A DNA stretch of 63,990 bases from Octopus bimaculoides (Eukaryota), in assembly GCF_001194135.2 (NCBI RefSeq), contig NC_068981.1:192179415-192243404 (forward strand), given 5' to 3'. The stretch's first letter is position 1. Each line of letters opens with the position of its first letter. Of the stretch, positions 28,472-41,735 are shown one piece after another. A program made the position numbers and the translations under genes. Under the pieces are notes generated by a model. It was not told the DNA's origin, searched no databases, and was given only the letters and a program-made list of their open reading frames with translations.

Positions 28472-29050
28472 TATTTTTATATAAGCTTAAAGCTTATGGC
28501 GGTCACCGTGCAATGACTAAGGAAAGTAGTCTAATAAAAGGGTATATAAGTCCTCGACAGAAAAAGAAGGCTTTCCTGCACCGAAAGCATATGTATGTAT
28601 GTATGTATGCATATGTGTGAGTGTATATATGTGCATGCGTGTGTCAGTATATATAAATGTATGTGTGTTTATGTATGTATGCACGATCTTTGTATGTATG
28701 TATGTATAGATAGAGAGAGAGAGAGAAACATTGTGACAGATACATACATAAATGAGCCTATAATGCAAGTAACCATATATTAGAACTTCATATGATCCAT
28801 CCCACTCCAATATGTGCACTCAGAAAGGGGATTCATATTGATATAAACAATCCTGACAAGTGCATTGGTTATAATATGCATAAAGTACATAAAATGATTT
28901 AGTAACAAGAGGCAAACAAGGTAAATTTAGTTAATAATCCATGTCCTTATGATTGTTTCAATGGTTTAGCCATCGAAATGATCATAAGGATATCATCTGT
29001 GAATTACAACTACCTTGTTTTTTGCTTGTCATATAATCATTGTAATATAG

Positions 29051-29091
<41 letters not shown>

Positions 29092-29192
29092 TAATCAAAA
29101 TAACCAAGAAAACAAGACAGCAAGAAAAAAACAATGTGAGGACATGGTAAATGCGAAGTATTAACAAATACTCAGGGAAGGAAAGAAAGTTA

Positions 29193-29227
29193 GTTTTATG
29201 TTTCAAGCAAAGCTCTTCTTCAGAAAC
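29193..29227 (-). ncRNA. Minimal type I hammerhead ribozyme motif (two CpG-decay changes)
   Basis: Minus strand reads GTTT CTGAAGA A GAGC TTT GCTT GAAA C AT A AAAC: intact core boxes, stem II GAGC/GCTT, stem I GTTT/AAAC. Confidence 0.7.
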
Positions 29228-30069
29228 AGGAGACAGAGGAAAATCCAAGAGAAAAGGAGGACGGAGGAAACAAATTGCCAACAATCCACTTGTAGTTTTA
29301 TATATATATATATATATAAATATATATGAAGAATAAGAAAATGGAGGTATTGAAGTTAATAAGAGTCTGCCATGATGATTAAAAAAACTAACACACAAAA
29401 TATCTAAGGGTAATTTTTTTCCCCTCTGAAGAGATTAAGCTTAGAAACATGATTTTAATACTTGTTTAACTTCACTAAGCTTAATTGAAACAGCTGTAAG
29501 GGATAATGATCAAATTTTGCTGATAATAAACTCTTATTAACTTCAATATTTCCATTTTCTTATTCTTCATTTGTATGATTATAAACTAGGATTTATATAT
29601 AAGCCTATTATTTTATGGATTTAATCCCCACCCCACAAAAATATTAGGTATTGAACCAGTTTTTCCTTGGATGACACAATCCCTCCATGAGGCCAACATA
29701 ACCTCCATTTGAATTATATATGTATGTACATGTGTGTGTGTGTATGTGTGTGTATACATAATGTACATATATAATGTAGTTGTCAATTATGACTGGTTAG
29801 AAAGTTAACAATAATTTCACACCTATTATACTCTCAACAACATTGACAACTTATCAGATTTGCTAACTGGAGGCACATAGATCCTTTTACTAATAGAGGT
29901 AGGAATACAGGTTTGGTCAGCCAAGGTTGTGAAAAAAAAACCTGAAATTAAATTCTTCAAAGTGAAACCCCTCTGGGTGAGATGGAGTTATCGTCCTTTG
30001 ACCAGTTCCAGCGGTGTCCAAAAAGGGTCAGTTTATATACAATTTCCATTCACTAGTCAGTAGACAGCA

Positions 30070-30860
30070 AATTCTATGTCTCCAGCATGAATTTTCCTTT
30101 ATGGGGACACCAACTAAACATCTCGCTTTTGGAATTTAAGAAGCCCCCCCCCCAGGTCAAGTAAATTTTTCAGGATCCTTGCCTTCCCGATCAAGTAAAG
30201 TTTACATCATCTGCTTCCTTTAAGATATGGTCCCAGTTGTTCCAGGAGCTTCCAGTTCATACCGTATGGCACTACCTTCTTCTTCTAAACACCATATACA
30301 GGTGGCCAAAGACATAACATTGCACTTCCCTGGGATCCTAAAAGAGAGCCTTTGGTTATTTAGTCACTGCTTAAATGGGCCCTCTGTTATTCCAACATAT
30401 TTCCGTGTGTGTCCTTATGTTATTGGTGCTGCTACTGTTGTTGTTCTTGCTACTGTTGCTGTTGTTGCTACTGTTGTTGTTCTTGCTACTGTTGGTGTTG
30501 TTGCTACTGTTACTGCTGAATACATCACTGGTGCTACTGTTGCTGTTGTTGTTGCTGCTGCTTTCGCTGCTTTTGTTGCTGTTACTGCTGGACACCACCT
30601 CTTCCACATAGACCTTGGCCTTGAAGTTGTATTGACATCTACTGGGCACTCACTGTTCACCCCATGTGAGCAGCCTACCTCTGTACAGGGTTTAGAGGCA
30701 TTCACTAAAATCTTTTCAACATTGGGCCTACAGCTGAATGAGACCCTTAAGTTGTGTCTATTAAATAATTGTCCATATCTATGGGAATGTGTGAAATTCT
30801 CGTCCACTAATTTAAGGAAGATCCTAGAACACTCAATACCATAGTACAGATTAATAATAC
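30070..30860 (-). mobile_element. Penelope-like element 3' remnant (RT linker plus GIY-YIG endonuclease), frameshifted
   Basis: Frames give FLKLVDENFTHSH, LFNRHNLRVSFSCRPNVEKIL, ECPVD, NFKAKV, KYVGITEGPFKQ, NWKLLEQLGPYLKGSR*CKLYLIGKARIL and LNSKSEMFSWCPHKGKF, the canonical PLE C-terminal motif series. Confidence 0.85.
30424..30590. repeat. 18/36 bp-period trinucleotide-derived repeat
   Basis: gctactgttgttgttctt alternating with gctactgttg(c/g)tgttgtt. Confidence 0.85.
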
Positions 30861-31254
30861 ATTTTGGTCAAGTCCTTCTATTGCTACTCTAAATTTCACC
30901 CATGGGTCTTCAGGCAAGTTATGAATGGAAAAATTATGGAATTAGCACATCAATATGTAGGATTCCTATCATAGAATAAAAGAAGAAACACCAATATTCC
31001 CAATTTTCTGCAATACTTTTACTTTTTTATATTATTCTATTTGAGTTTTTCTATTACTATCACTGCTACTACCACCAACTTACCTATCGACCATCTCTCT
31101 ACCACTGTTGCTAAAATTTCTTTTTCTTTTTTTTTTCTCTCCATTTATTTTGTCACTTTTTTCAATATTTTTCAGTATTTTTTCAATACCTTTTACAACA
31201 TTTTTCTATGTATATCTTTATTTTATTTCTGTATTGTTTTTATATCTTCAAGAT

Positions 31255-31530
31255 CATCATCATCATTTATTTATTTAATGTCTGTTGTCCATGCTGGCAT
31301 GGCTGGAATGGTTTGACCAGTGCTGGCAAGCTGGAGAGCTTCCCCAGGCTCCAGTCTGATTTGGTATGGTTTCTACGGCTGGATGCCCTTCCTAGTGCCA
31401 ACCAGTGTGCTGGGTACTTTTATGTGGCACTGCATAAGTGCTTTTATGTGGAACCAGCACAAGTGCCTTTTATGTGACACTGACACAAGACTCTTGCTGG
31501 CTAATCCTCTTTGAAAGGAAGAGCATCCTT
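31255..31530 (-). mobile_element. RTE-LINE/SINE 3' tail
   Basis: (CAT)n then catgctggcatgg...ctggatgcccttcctagtgccaacc. Confidence 0.7.
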
Positions 31531-32478
31531 AACGCTTCTGCTGTGGTGTCCAATATTCACAATTTCCTAAATATTTATCCCCTAAGTTTTTTATTGAAAG
31601 ACATTTTATTAACAACATGTTTTTCAAGAAGGAAAGAAAGGAAAAAAAAACATCGAAAGTACAAAAGATTAAATTACAGAAGAAAAACCACTATAACAAC
31701 CTCACCAAGGAAACAAAGAAAAAGAAGGGAGGATTAAGCAGCAGAGGATGGGCAAAGAGGGTATAACTGGTTATACACCCCAGAATAAATGGTGTGTTTA
31801 GACACACTTTGCAGACATGATTGCAAAGGCAGTGCCACAGAGAAAGGCCACAAACACTCACTGCAACAATCACCCCACCTCACAGGACTCATTTCTCTTT
31901 CATTTGATTTCATCTCTGACTATTATTACAATCACCACAAACTCACCTTTCTACCACTGACTATCCTTCTGAATCAGTACCCCTGTTGTTGAAATTCCCT
32001 TCTATTCATTTTTATCATGTCATTTTATATATATTTTTTATTTATTCATTTATCTATTTCTACTCCTAAATGTCACAGGTTCCAAGGCTCATTCATCAAT
32101 TCATCTTCTATATTTTCTATTGAAGATTTCCACTGAATTCTATTCTAACACCAATCCACCCTACTTCATCCACCCCTCCCCCATCAAAACATGCCCTTCC
32201 TTTTCTCGTCTTCTTACTCCCTTATTTTAGGAGGAGAGATGGATAGGGGGCGGCGGGATTGAAGGATTAGAAAAAAATCGGAGACAAAGAGAAAGGTACA
32301 GGGGAGATAAACGAGTGGGAAATAGTGGGAGTTAAGAAAAAAAGGACCAAGAAATGTGAGAGAGGGGGAACGAGAAGAGGAAGAAAAATGAGAGGGGGAA
32401 TAAAAGAAAGAGTAAGAGTCGTACAAAATTTAGATACATACCTACTATAAGATGAGCACAAGGGTGTACGTACACCGC

Positions 32479-32510
<32 letters not shown>

Positions 32511-32901
32511 TATAAATATAAAAATGGAACAAAAACGCAATAGAGGACATTAAAACATTTGGAGAGATAGACAATACAAAGACAGACAAAAGAAACAACA
32601 ATTAGAAGGACAGGCAAAAAAAGGTGGGTCATTTGTGGCTTTCTTTCCTCAGTCAGGTTTCAGAAGTTACAACCATTTCAGGCAGTTACACTTGAGATAA
32701 TTCAATCTGGTTGCCCCCAAAAATGTCTAAGCTAAGAGCATTAGACCCCTTTGTAAGAAAGCTAGTGAATGTGTATAGCAACAAAGACAAAAAACAAACA
32801 AACAAAAACAGAGAACATGGTACACAATTACAAATACAAGCAATAAGAAATACCAACAGGTGTCTTTCGAGGTGTCTTTCGACTGAGAATGAATCAAATT
32901 G

Positions 32902-32967
<66 letters not shown>

Positions 32968-33049
32968 TGGGTCATCCCATAAATAGTGCAGTTTTTTCAA
33001 TTGCATGAACTAAAAATCAGAGTAGGACAGGATAAACTACCTGCATCAA

Positions 33050-33763
33050 CTTGAAGCATATTGGCTTCATTCCTTGTGAGCTTATGCATGTCACCAGCAG
33101 TCACAGCCCATGTTTCACTGCCATGTAGCATGGCTGTTCGTACACATGCGTCATACAGTCTGCCTTTTACTCTGAGCAAGAAGCCCTTTGTCACCAGCAG
33201 AGGTAAGAGCTCTCTGAACTTTGCCCGGGCTATTCTTATTCTAGCAGCTACACTTTCAGTGCACCCTCCCCCGCTACTAACTTCGTCACCTAGGTAACAG
33301 AAGCTATCAACTACTTCTAGTTTTTCTCCCCGGAATGTGGCAAAAGTTGTCTTCTGCACATTTTCAGTGTTTATTGCTCCTGAGCATCTGCCACATACAA
33401 AACTATCTTCCTAGTTAGCCTTCCTTCGATATTGCTGCACCTCTTATGTGTCCATAGCTTACACTGGGTACATCTTATAGAGTTTCTACCTACGCCTTTT
33501 CTACAGATTGAGCAGGGCCATCTACCTAAAGGGGTTTGTGGTTTGTCTACCTTCCTTCTTATTAGGACTTTGGTTTTAGGTAGGTTGACTCTAAGGCCCT
33601 TTGATTCTAATCCTTGCTTCCACACCTGAAACTTCTCCTCTAGTTCTGATAGTGACTCAGCAATTAGGGCAAGGTCATCAGCATAGAGGAGCTCCCAGGG
33701 GCATTCTGTCTTGAATTCCTGTGTTATTGCCTGGAGGACTATGATAAATAGGAGGGGGCTGAG

Positions 33764-33766
<3 letters not shown>
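33050..33766 (-). mobile_element. RTE-clade LINE RT fragment with PHD-like insertion
   Basis: SPLLFIIVLQAIT, CPWELLYADDLALIAES, GLRVNLPKTKVL, CSICRKGVGRNSIRCTQCKLWTHKRC, LEVVDSFCYLG, YDACVRTAMLHGSETW. Confidence 0.92.
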
Positions 33767-33798
<32 letters not shown>

Positions 33799-34504
33799 GA
33801 TTATTAATTTATTAATAAATTTTTTAACAAATGAAGTAAACTTTCATCCTGTGTCAAATTCTGGACTAAAAAACTGGCTCACTCTGACTTCTTAGCTTCT
33901 CTCCATCACATGTCTATTTCAGACCAATCCTAGCCAATCAGTCATTTTTAGCTAAAATCTGTTGTTGGAGCTTTCTGCTACAGAATGCAGTTATCATTTG
34001 GAGTCAATAAAGAGTGACAATATTATTTCATTTCTTTGTCAATCAAAGAGACACTTTCACCTCCTGTTTGCATGTTTGCTTATAACAAACATTTTAATTT
34101 TTTCGATAAACCTTCGTTGACATTATGTATATTTTCACTTGCATGCTGTTCTTGTCTATCTCGCACTCAGTCAAGTTTGACACCTCAAAAACACTATGAC
34201 AGTTGATTCAAATATCAGTAAAATCATTGCATTATTTTTATATATATATATATTTTTTTAACCATTTTCTTTGAAAAATATGAAAATTTCAATGAATATT
34301 CTAGCTTTTGTTGACTTTATATGGCTTCAATCAATTTTTCTTTTTGAATGGTTTGTTTTTCTATGAAAATGTTTTTCTACAAATATGCCTTTTGGTTTGT
34401 CTTTCAATGAATGTGTTTTTAAACAAATGTATTTTCATCAACTGTTCCTTAGATTCATGAATATATGTACCTATGCATGTGTGCATGTATGTATGAGTAT
34501 AAAT

Positions 34505-34690
34505 CATCATCACCATCATCATCATCATCATCATTTAACATCTGCTTTCCGTGTTGGCATGGGTTGGACGGTTTGACTGAGGACTGGCAGGCTGGGAGGC
34601 TGTGCCAGGCTCCAATCTGATCTGGCAAGGTTTCTACAGCTGGATGCCCTTCCTAACGCCAACCACTCCGAGAGTATAGTGCCACTCTGA
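34505..34690 (-). mobile_element. RTE-LINE/SINE 3' tail, well preserved
   Basis: (CAT)n tttaacatctgctttcc...ctggatgcccttcctaacgccaaccactccgagag. Confidence 0.85.
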
Positions 34691-34897
34691 GAGCATATAA
34701 ATATATGAAATATATTTATATTTATATTTGATGGATGAGCAGAAACAAGGAAAAAGCACAACAAAAGGGAAACATTTTAACAAAGGTGTTATAAGTATAA
34801 AGCTTGAAGGGAAGGGTTTTAATATTTTGGATGCAAGTCTTTCATCAGAAAAAAGAAAGAGGAGGAAATGTGGTTGAAAGAACACACATGTGCACGT

Positions 34898-34936
<39 letters not shown>

Positions 34937-35671
34937 TGAGCAACACAGTTGTTTATAAACATTTATAAATGGTGTGTGTGGTAATAATTATTTAGTAACA
35001 CATCAAATTAAACATTTAAAGCTGACTGGACAAGGATGTTATGACTTTTCAAAATAACAGGAATCTGTTGGATAAAAATGATTGACAAGGAGTAAAGAAT
35101 AATGTAAAACATTAAAAATTAGTCAAAGTTGAATTAAAACTGAATAACACAATTCAAAGACAAGGACAAACGAGTATCACAAAAAGCAAGTAAATAAATA
35201 AAGTAAATTGTTAAATAAATAAGTTTGTTGTAATGAAGATGGAGTGCAGATTCCATGTCAAGTAGAAGGAAAGAAGAAAGAAAAGAGAAATGGATGAAAA
35301 AGAAAAGAAAATGTAAGCTAAGTTATCAAACATTTTTAATTACAAGACAGTTTGTAATCAAATATGGCTACAGAAACAATACATATGTATGTATGTACGT
35401 AGTAAAAGAAGGGAGGTAGGAGTGATCAGAAAACCTGCATTAAGTAGGTGAATCAACAGAGACCTAAAGGTGTTGTTCTACATGTTTGGTATTAAGGAGA
35501 CAAAAAAAAAGAAGAAAAACAGACACACAAGCATGAAAAACTGATCAAAATATAAGGACAAAATCCAATTTCAAAATATATAAAGATATAAAATGTATTT
35601 GGTGGTATGAAAAAAGTGGGAATGATAATTTTAAAAAAGGAATTATGGTATAATAAAATATTACATGTGCA

Positions 35672-36022
35672 CAGGCGCAAGCATGGCTGTGTGGTAAGAA
35701 GCTTGCTTCCCAACCACATGGTTTCGGGTTCAGTCCCACTGTGTGGCACTTTGGGCAAGTGTCTTCTACCATAGCCTGGAGCTGACCAAAGCCTTGTGAG
35801 TGAATTTGGTAGATGGAAACTGAAAGAAACCTGTCATGTATATATATTTAAGTGTGTGTATCTTTGTATCTGTGTTTGTCCCCCCACCATGGCTTGACAA
35901 CTAATGTTGGTGTGTTTACATCCCCGAAACTTAGTATTTCAGCAAAAGGGACCGATAGAATAAGTACTAGGCTTACAAAGATTAAGTCCTGGGGTTGATT
36001 CCTTCAACCAAAGACGGTGCTC
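35672..36022 (+). mobile_element. tRNA-derived SINE, family A, near full length
   Basis: A box TGGCTGTGTGG, B box GGTTCAGTCCC, gtggcactttgggcaagtgtc core, internal (TG)n, tail to gacggtgctc. Partial copies at ~10365, 14205, 16815, 19435, 46136, 46681 and 58463. Confidence 0.85.
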
Positions 36023-36626
36023 TTCATCTTTTTGACATGACCCTACTCTATACTGTTTTCTCCTCCATCAGTTTTTCTAATTCCTTTTTCTTTCCTTCAC
36101 TGTTTTCTATCTCTCTCTCTCTCTCTCCTCTCTTTCTCTTTTTCTCTCTCTTATTGCTCACACCTGACCATCGTCCATCTTTCTTTTCCTCACGTGATCA
36201 TCTTTCTTTTCCTTCAGGACTGGACATATTCTATCTCTCTCTTCTATCTTTTCTTTTTTCTAAGAAAATATTTCTCCAGCGTTTGCTATTTTACCTTCAT
36301 TCTGGTCTAACGACGCTCCATGTTTGTTTTTGTTCAGTTTCTTTGTATGTCTCCACTGTCCAGTTTTTGTTCCCAACTTTGACTCTCCATAAATCCAAAA
36401 TTTTAATTTGGTACTTATGGCAGCAACTGTCTTCACAAACTTATATTATCATTCAATGCTCAAAATAATGAGTAGATAGACCGCTGACAACTGATGAAGG
36501 GTTGTTCTTTGTGTTATTTGTCCTGTTTTCTATTTGTTTCTCTTGTTCTTTGCATATTGAACTCATTTATTTTCCTCTTTCATGTTGTTTATTGTTTGTG
36601 ATTTCCTGTACACATACATGCATGTG

Positions 36627-36680
<54 letters not shown>

Positions 36681-36932
36681 ATTTATATTATTATACGTAT
36701 AACACAGTTCATAAAAAAAAAGCATTAAAAAAAAGCGAAAGGGAAAAACAAAAATCTTTTATAAAACCATATAATGATTGAACGTGATGGACAGATGGAA
36801 TCAATGCAAATTCATGCAAATAAAAAATGCAAAAGCACATCCAAAATATTTGAACTAACGGATGAAATTATATGGGATAGTCATAAATAGTTACATATAT
36901 TTATTATTCAGTGGCAAAAGGTTTGAAATAAC

Positions 36933-36934
<2 letters not shown>

Positions 36935-37024
<90 letters not shown>
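36935..37024. repeat. (TG)n microsatellite
   Basis: Perfect dinucleotide run. Confidence 0.95.
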
Positions 37025-37029
<5 letters not shown>

Positions 37030-37264
37030 AAGTTTACAGTACAAGATGTCGATTTAGAGAATCATGTGACTATCACAGAAAGCTCCACTTATGGACACAG
37101 CTAACAGTCTACATAGTAATACAATATGGAAAAGTGTAATGTAGGGTGTCCAGAAGCTCTGATCGATGAAATTATTTCATGAGGAGTATATTTCAGAAGG
37201 TATGAAAGGTGAATATATTTATTTAACAACTTGGCATCCTTAGTATTACAGCCGTTTCATAGCC

Positions 37265-38645
37265 TTCATCATCATCATCATCATCATCATCATTTAATGT
37301 CTTTCCATGCTGGTTGAGTAGTTTGACAGGAGCTGAATAGGCAGGAGCCTGCACCATGTTTCTGAGTCTGTTTTGGCATGGATTTGCAGCTGGATGCCCT
37401 TCCTAACACCAACCACTCCACAGAGTGGGCTGAGTGCTTTTTACATGGCACTCACATAGGTGAGGTCAGTTTTGGCATAGTTTTTACAGCTGGATGCCCT
37501 TCCAAATGCCAACCACTTTACAGAATGGGCTGGGTGCTTTTTAAGTAACACCTGCACTGGTGAGGTTACCAAGTGACTTTTGAAGACAAAGAGTCTTTGA
37601 GAGTGGGGAGTATTGGAGGAGGTGATCTTGTGTCAGATGATGAAAGAGTAAAGTGTGACATAGAGGCAGAGATAGATGTCTTGTAGTAGAGGAGGCACAT
37701 GGTTACCCAGCCAGAGAAAGGGAGAGAGTGAGGAAGAAAAAGAGAGGGAGAAAAAGAGAGCAAAAGTTAATAAGAATGAGGGCAGAAGCAGTTACCTAGA
37801 GAGAAAGCAGGAGTTAACAAGAGGTGTTTTGCTGTAAAGGAGATACATGGTTACCTAGCCAGAGGTAAGGGCAAGAGACAGAGGGAGAGAGAGTAATCAA
37901 GAATGAAGGCAGAAATGGGGTTTGTTGCTGTAGATACATGATTACTCAGCCAGAGGGGAGAACAGGGGAAAGAAAGAGAGAGAGAGAGGGTAGAAGACAG
38001 CGAGAACAGGAGAGGGATGGGGACAAGCACTAGGATATACTTGCAAGGAACATGGATCAGGGCTTAGATGGGATGGTAGAGTAAGGAAGAGGGAGATGAA
38101 TTGTGGCAGGTACTGGCAGGGTATCACCAAGGAGTCATGAGTTGAGAGTGGAGGTGGGGGGGGAATGCAGTGACTGGTGAGAATCTGGATATATAGAGGG
38201 GGAGGGGATGGGAGAAGCAGGGTAGTGAGGGCTGGGTTGGGGAATGCTGTGAGTGGTGAGAATCTGCCTATGTAGAGGGGACAGGGGAAGCAACAATACA
38301 GTGAACAGGATAGCAAGGACTAGACTGGGGAGTGGGAGATAATAATAGTGTAGGAGGAGGAACTATGAGGAAGAGAAGAGAAACACTTTGGAAAGGGAAG
38401 TGGGGTGGGATGTAGCTTGGTTTGTTGGGGTAGGGTGTGTGAAAAGTTACATGTGAATGGAACACACAGCATTTCTAGAACTCAGTTTCACTGACGTGGG
38501 TGGGTCTTCACAAGAACTTCATATTGTCAGACATCTCAGTCCATTGTCATTTCCTCCATGAGGCCCAACATCCTGAGATTGATCCTTACTACTTCATCCC
38601 ATGTCTTCCTGGGCCTCCCTCTTCTGCGAGTATCCTCCATTTTCA
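37265..38645 (-). mobile_element. 5'-truncated RTE LINE: ORF C-terminus, long CT-rich 3' UTR and (GAT)n tail
   Basis: RRGRPRKTWDEVVRINLRMLGL at ~38500-38630, ~900 nt purine-rich (plus-strand) body, shared tail ending in (CAT)n at ~37270. Confidence 0.75.
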
Positions 38646-39349
38646 GTGATCAGCACTTCTTTATAAAGCTAAATTAATTAAAGAGAAATTGAAGACACAG
38701 CTGTGTGAATATATGTTCATCAAATGATTTAAATTGAGATCCTCTGTAGCAGGTCTTAACATATGAGGTACGTCATTTAAGTAACTTCCCAAGACATCTT
38801 GATCAAATCTTTCCTAAAATATATACAAAATATTTGAAAGACAACCTTTATATGCTCAACCATTTCTAAATACAATGAATGGAGTTATCTATATTGATTT
38901 GTTTGTGTTGTGAAGATTTCACACAATTATGGAATATCTGCTATTGAATAGTAGATAGATTTATTCATTTATGAACACTAGACCATATTGATAAGAAATT
39001 TATTAGAAATGGACTTCAATTTATTTGTGGAAAATAAAAATGAAACAGCTTACTGGCAAAAGTCAGGCACAGCCATAGAAACCTAAGTTACACCAACTTA
39101 TGTTAACCTATTTTGTGGGTGTCATGAATTTTACAAAATGCCTATGGACAAACCTCAAAAGTATTTGGAAATTCAGTAGTTATTTGAAAGAAATCAAGAA
39201 AAGGTTCTTGAATGATTGCTTTATTTTATGGAAGGAAAATCTTGATCAGATGAATGAATTTAAAATTTTCATTAACAGTGTAAACCCTTACATCAAATTA
39301 CATCAAACATCCTTTCTTGAATGTACCAGCATTGACCACATTCAGATGA

Positions 39350-39870
39350 TACATTTTACATGCCACCAGAACGGGAGCCAGTCAGGGGGCACTGGCCACA
39401 GCTACGATTTTGGTTTTACTTGACTCAACAGGTCTTCTCAAGCATATCATATCGTCCAATGCATCAAGGGTACTTTTAAATGGGTCAGACCTGCAATACC
39501 TGCATCGGCTATGGCTGCGATCTCACTTTCGTTGCCGGGTCTTCTCAATCACAGCATAACTCCAAAGATGTTGGCCTCCTGTCATTGCCTCTGTGAGGCC
39601 CAACATTCGAAGGTCATGTTTCACCACTTCATCCCATGTCTTCCTGGGTCTACCTCTTCCACAGATTTCTTCCACAGTTAGTGTGTGGCACTTCCTCACA
39701 CAGGTGTCTTCATAACATAACACATGACCATACCAGCACAGTTATCTCTCTTGCACACCACATTTGATGCTTTTTATGTCCAACCTTTCTCTCAAGACGC
39801 TTACATTCTGTCGTGTATGCACACTGACATTACACATCCAGCGGATCATATACAGATATATATATGTATA
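39350..39870 (-). mobile_element. RTE LINE 3' ORF fragment and UTR
   Basis: CVRKCHTLTVEEICGRGRPRKTWDEVVKHDLRMLGLTEAM...KTRQRK* followed by the family UTR. Confidence 0.88.
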
Positions 39871-39884
39871 TATATATATATATA

Positions 39885-41000
<1,116 letters not shown>

Positions 41001-41049
41001 TTTGTGAAATTCTTTTTTTTATATATATTTCAAATATAGCATAGTTCTA

Positions 41050-41330
41050 CCAACAGTTCTCTATGTGAGTGGAACATGGAAGAATACCATGAAAATCAAT
41101 AGAAAGCTAGATGCACTCCATTAATGATGCTTGAGAAGGATGTTTAGAATGTACTGGCAAGACCGCATAAGCAATGAAGATATTCTAAAGAGACTCAACA
41201 CAAGACCACAAAGCAAAATCATAACAGAATGATGATTAAAATTAGCAGGTCACGTACTCCAGTTACTAAAACAACAACATTATAAACAGCTTTCAAATGG
41301 ACAGCACTGGAGGCGAAAGGAAAAAAATAA
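41050..41330 (+). mobile_element. Old RTE/BovB-like LINE remnant
   Basis: KLDALH**CLRRMFRMYWQDRISNEDILKR. Confidence 0.65.
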
Positions 41331-41512
41331 GAAGATGAAAAACTACATAGTGCAGAACATTCCTAACCAACATAGGAGAGTCAAATATTATGTAGTCAGA
41401 TGCAGAGAAAACAACTGCAGCCAATAGAAATCAGTGGCTTCAACTTGCAGCCCAATGTGCTCAAGAACACAGGAGGAACTAAAACTCATAGGTACATATA
41501 TGTATATACACA

Positions 41513-41570
<58 letters not shown>

Positions 41571-41614
41571 ACATATGAGAGAAAGAGAAAGAAAATGGAA
41601 TTCATGAGATTCTT

Positions 41615-41735
41615 TGTTGATCCCTATGATCATTTCAACCCATCAAGTGCATCAATCCCTTGTGGTTGTGTTGCTGTACAAATAGTTGTGGTGCATCATT
41701 CAGCGCAGATGTCTCATCAGGTGTCTTGTCAAAAG
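41615..41735 (-). ncRNA. Type I hammerhead-like motif with long stem II insert
   Basis: CTGATGA GACATC...GATGGGTT GAAA TGATCA T A GGGA; stem III ATGATCAT is palindromic. Confidence 0.5.

Larger units (their letters stand above)
22400..28600. promoter_or_regulatory. CpG-retaining, transposon-poor domain around the first exon
   Basis: CG dinucleotides are visibly frequent here versus the depleted flanks; no SINE/LINE copies recognised from ~21300 to ~28900. Confidence 0.55.

Noticed and set aside
29424-29455. CTGAAGA...GAAACATG on the plus strand
   Set aside because: Stem II cannot close (G opposite A), and there is no NUH or stem I pairing.
29960-30060. Plus-strand SGVQKGSV resembling the RT motif GVPQGS
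   Set aside because: An isolated match within the 3' UTR position of the minus-strand Penelope remnant, with no supporting RT motifs.
30415-30807. 130 aa ORF with a Cys-rich part and mucin-like Thr repeats, and the 205 aa antisense ORF
   Set aside because: Explained by the Penelope linker plus an off-frame reading of the trinucleotide repeat.
36490-36540. CTGATGAAGGG, a possible hammerhead first box
   Set aside because: No complementary stem II arm or GAAA box follows.
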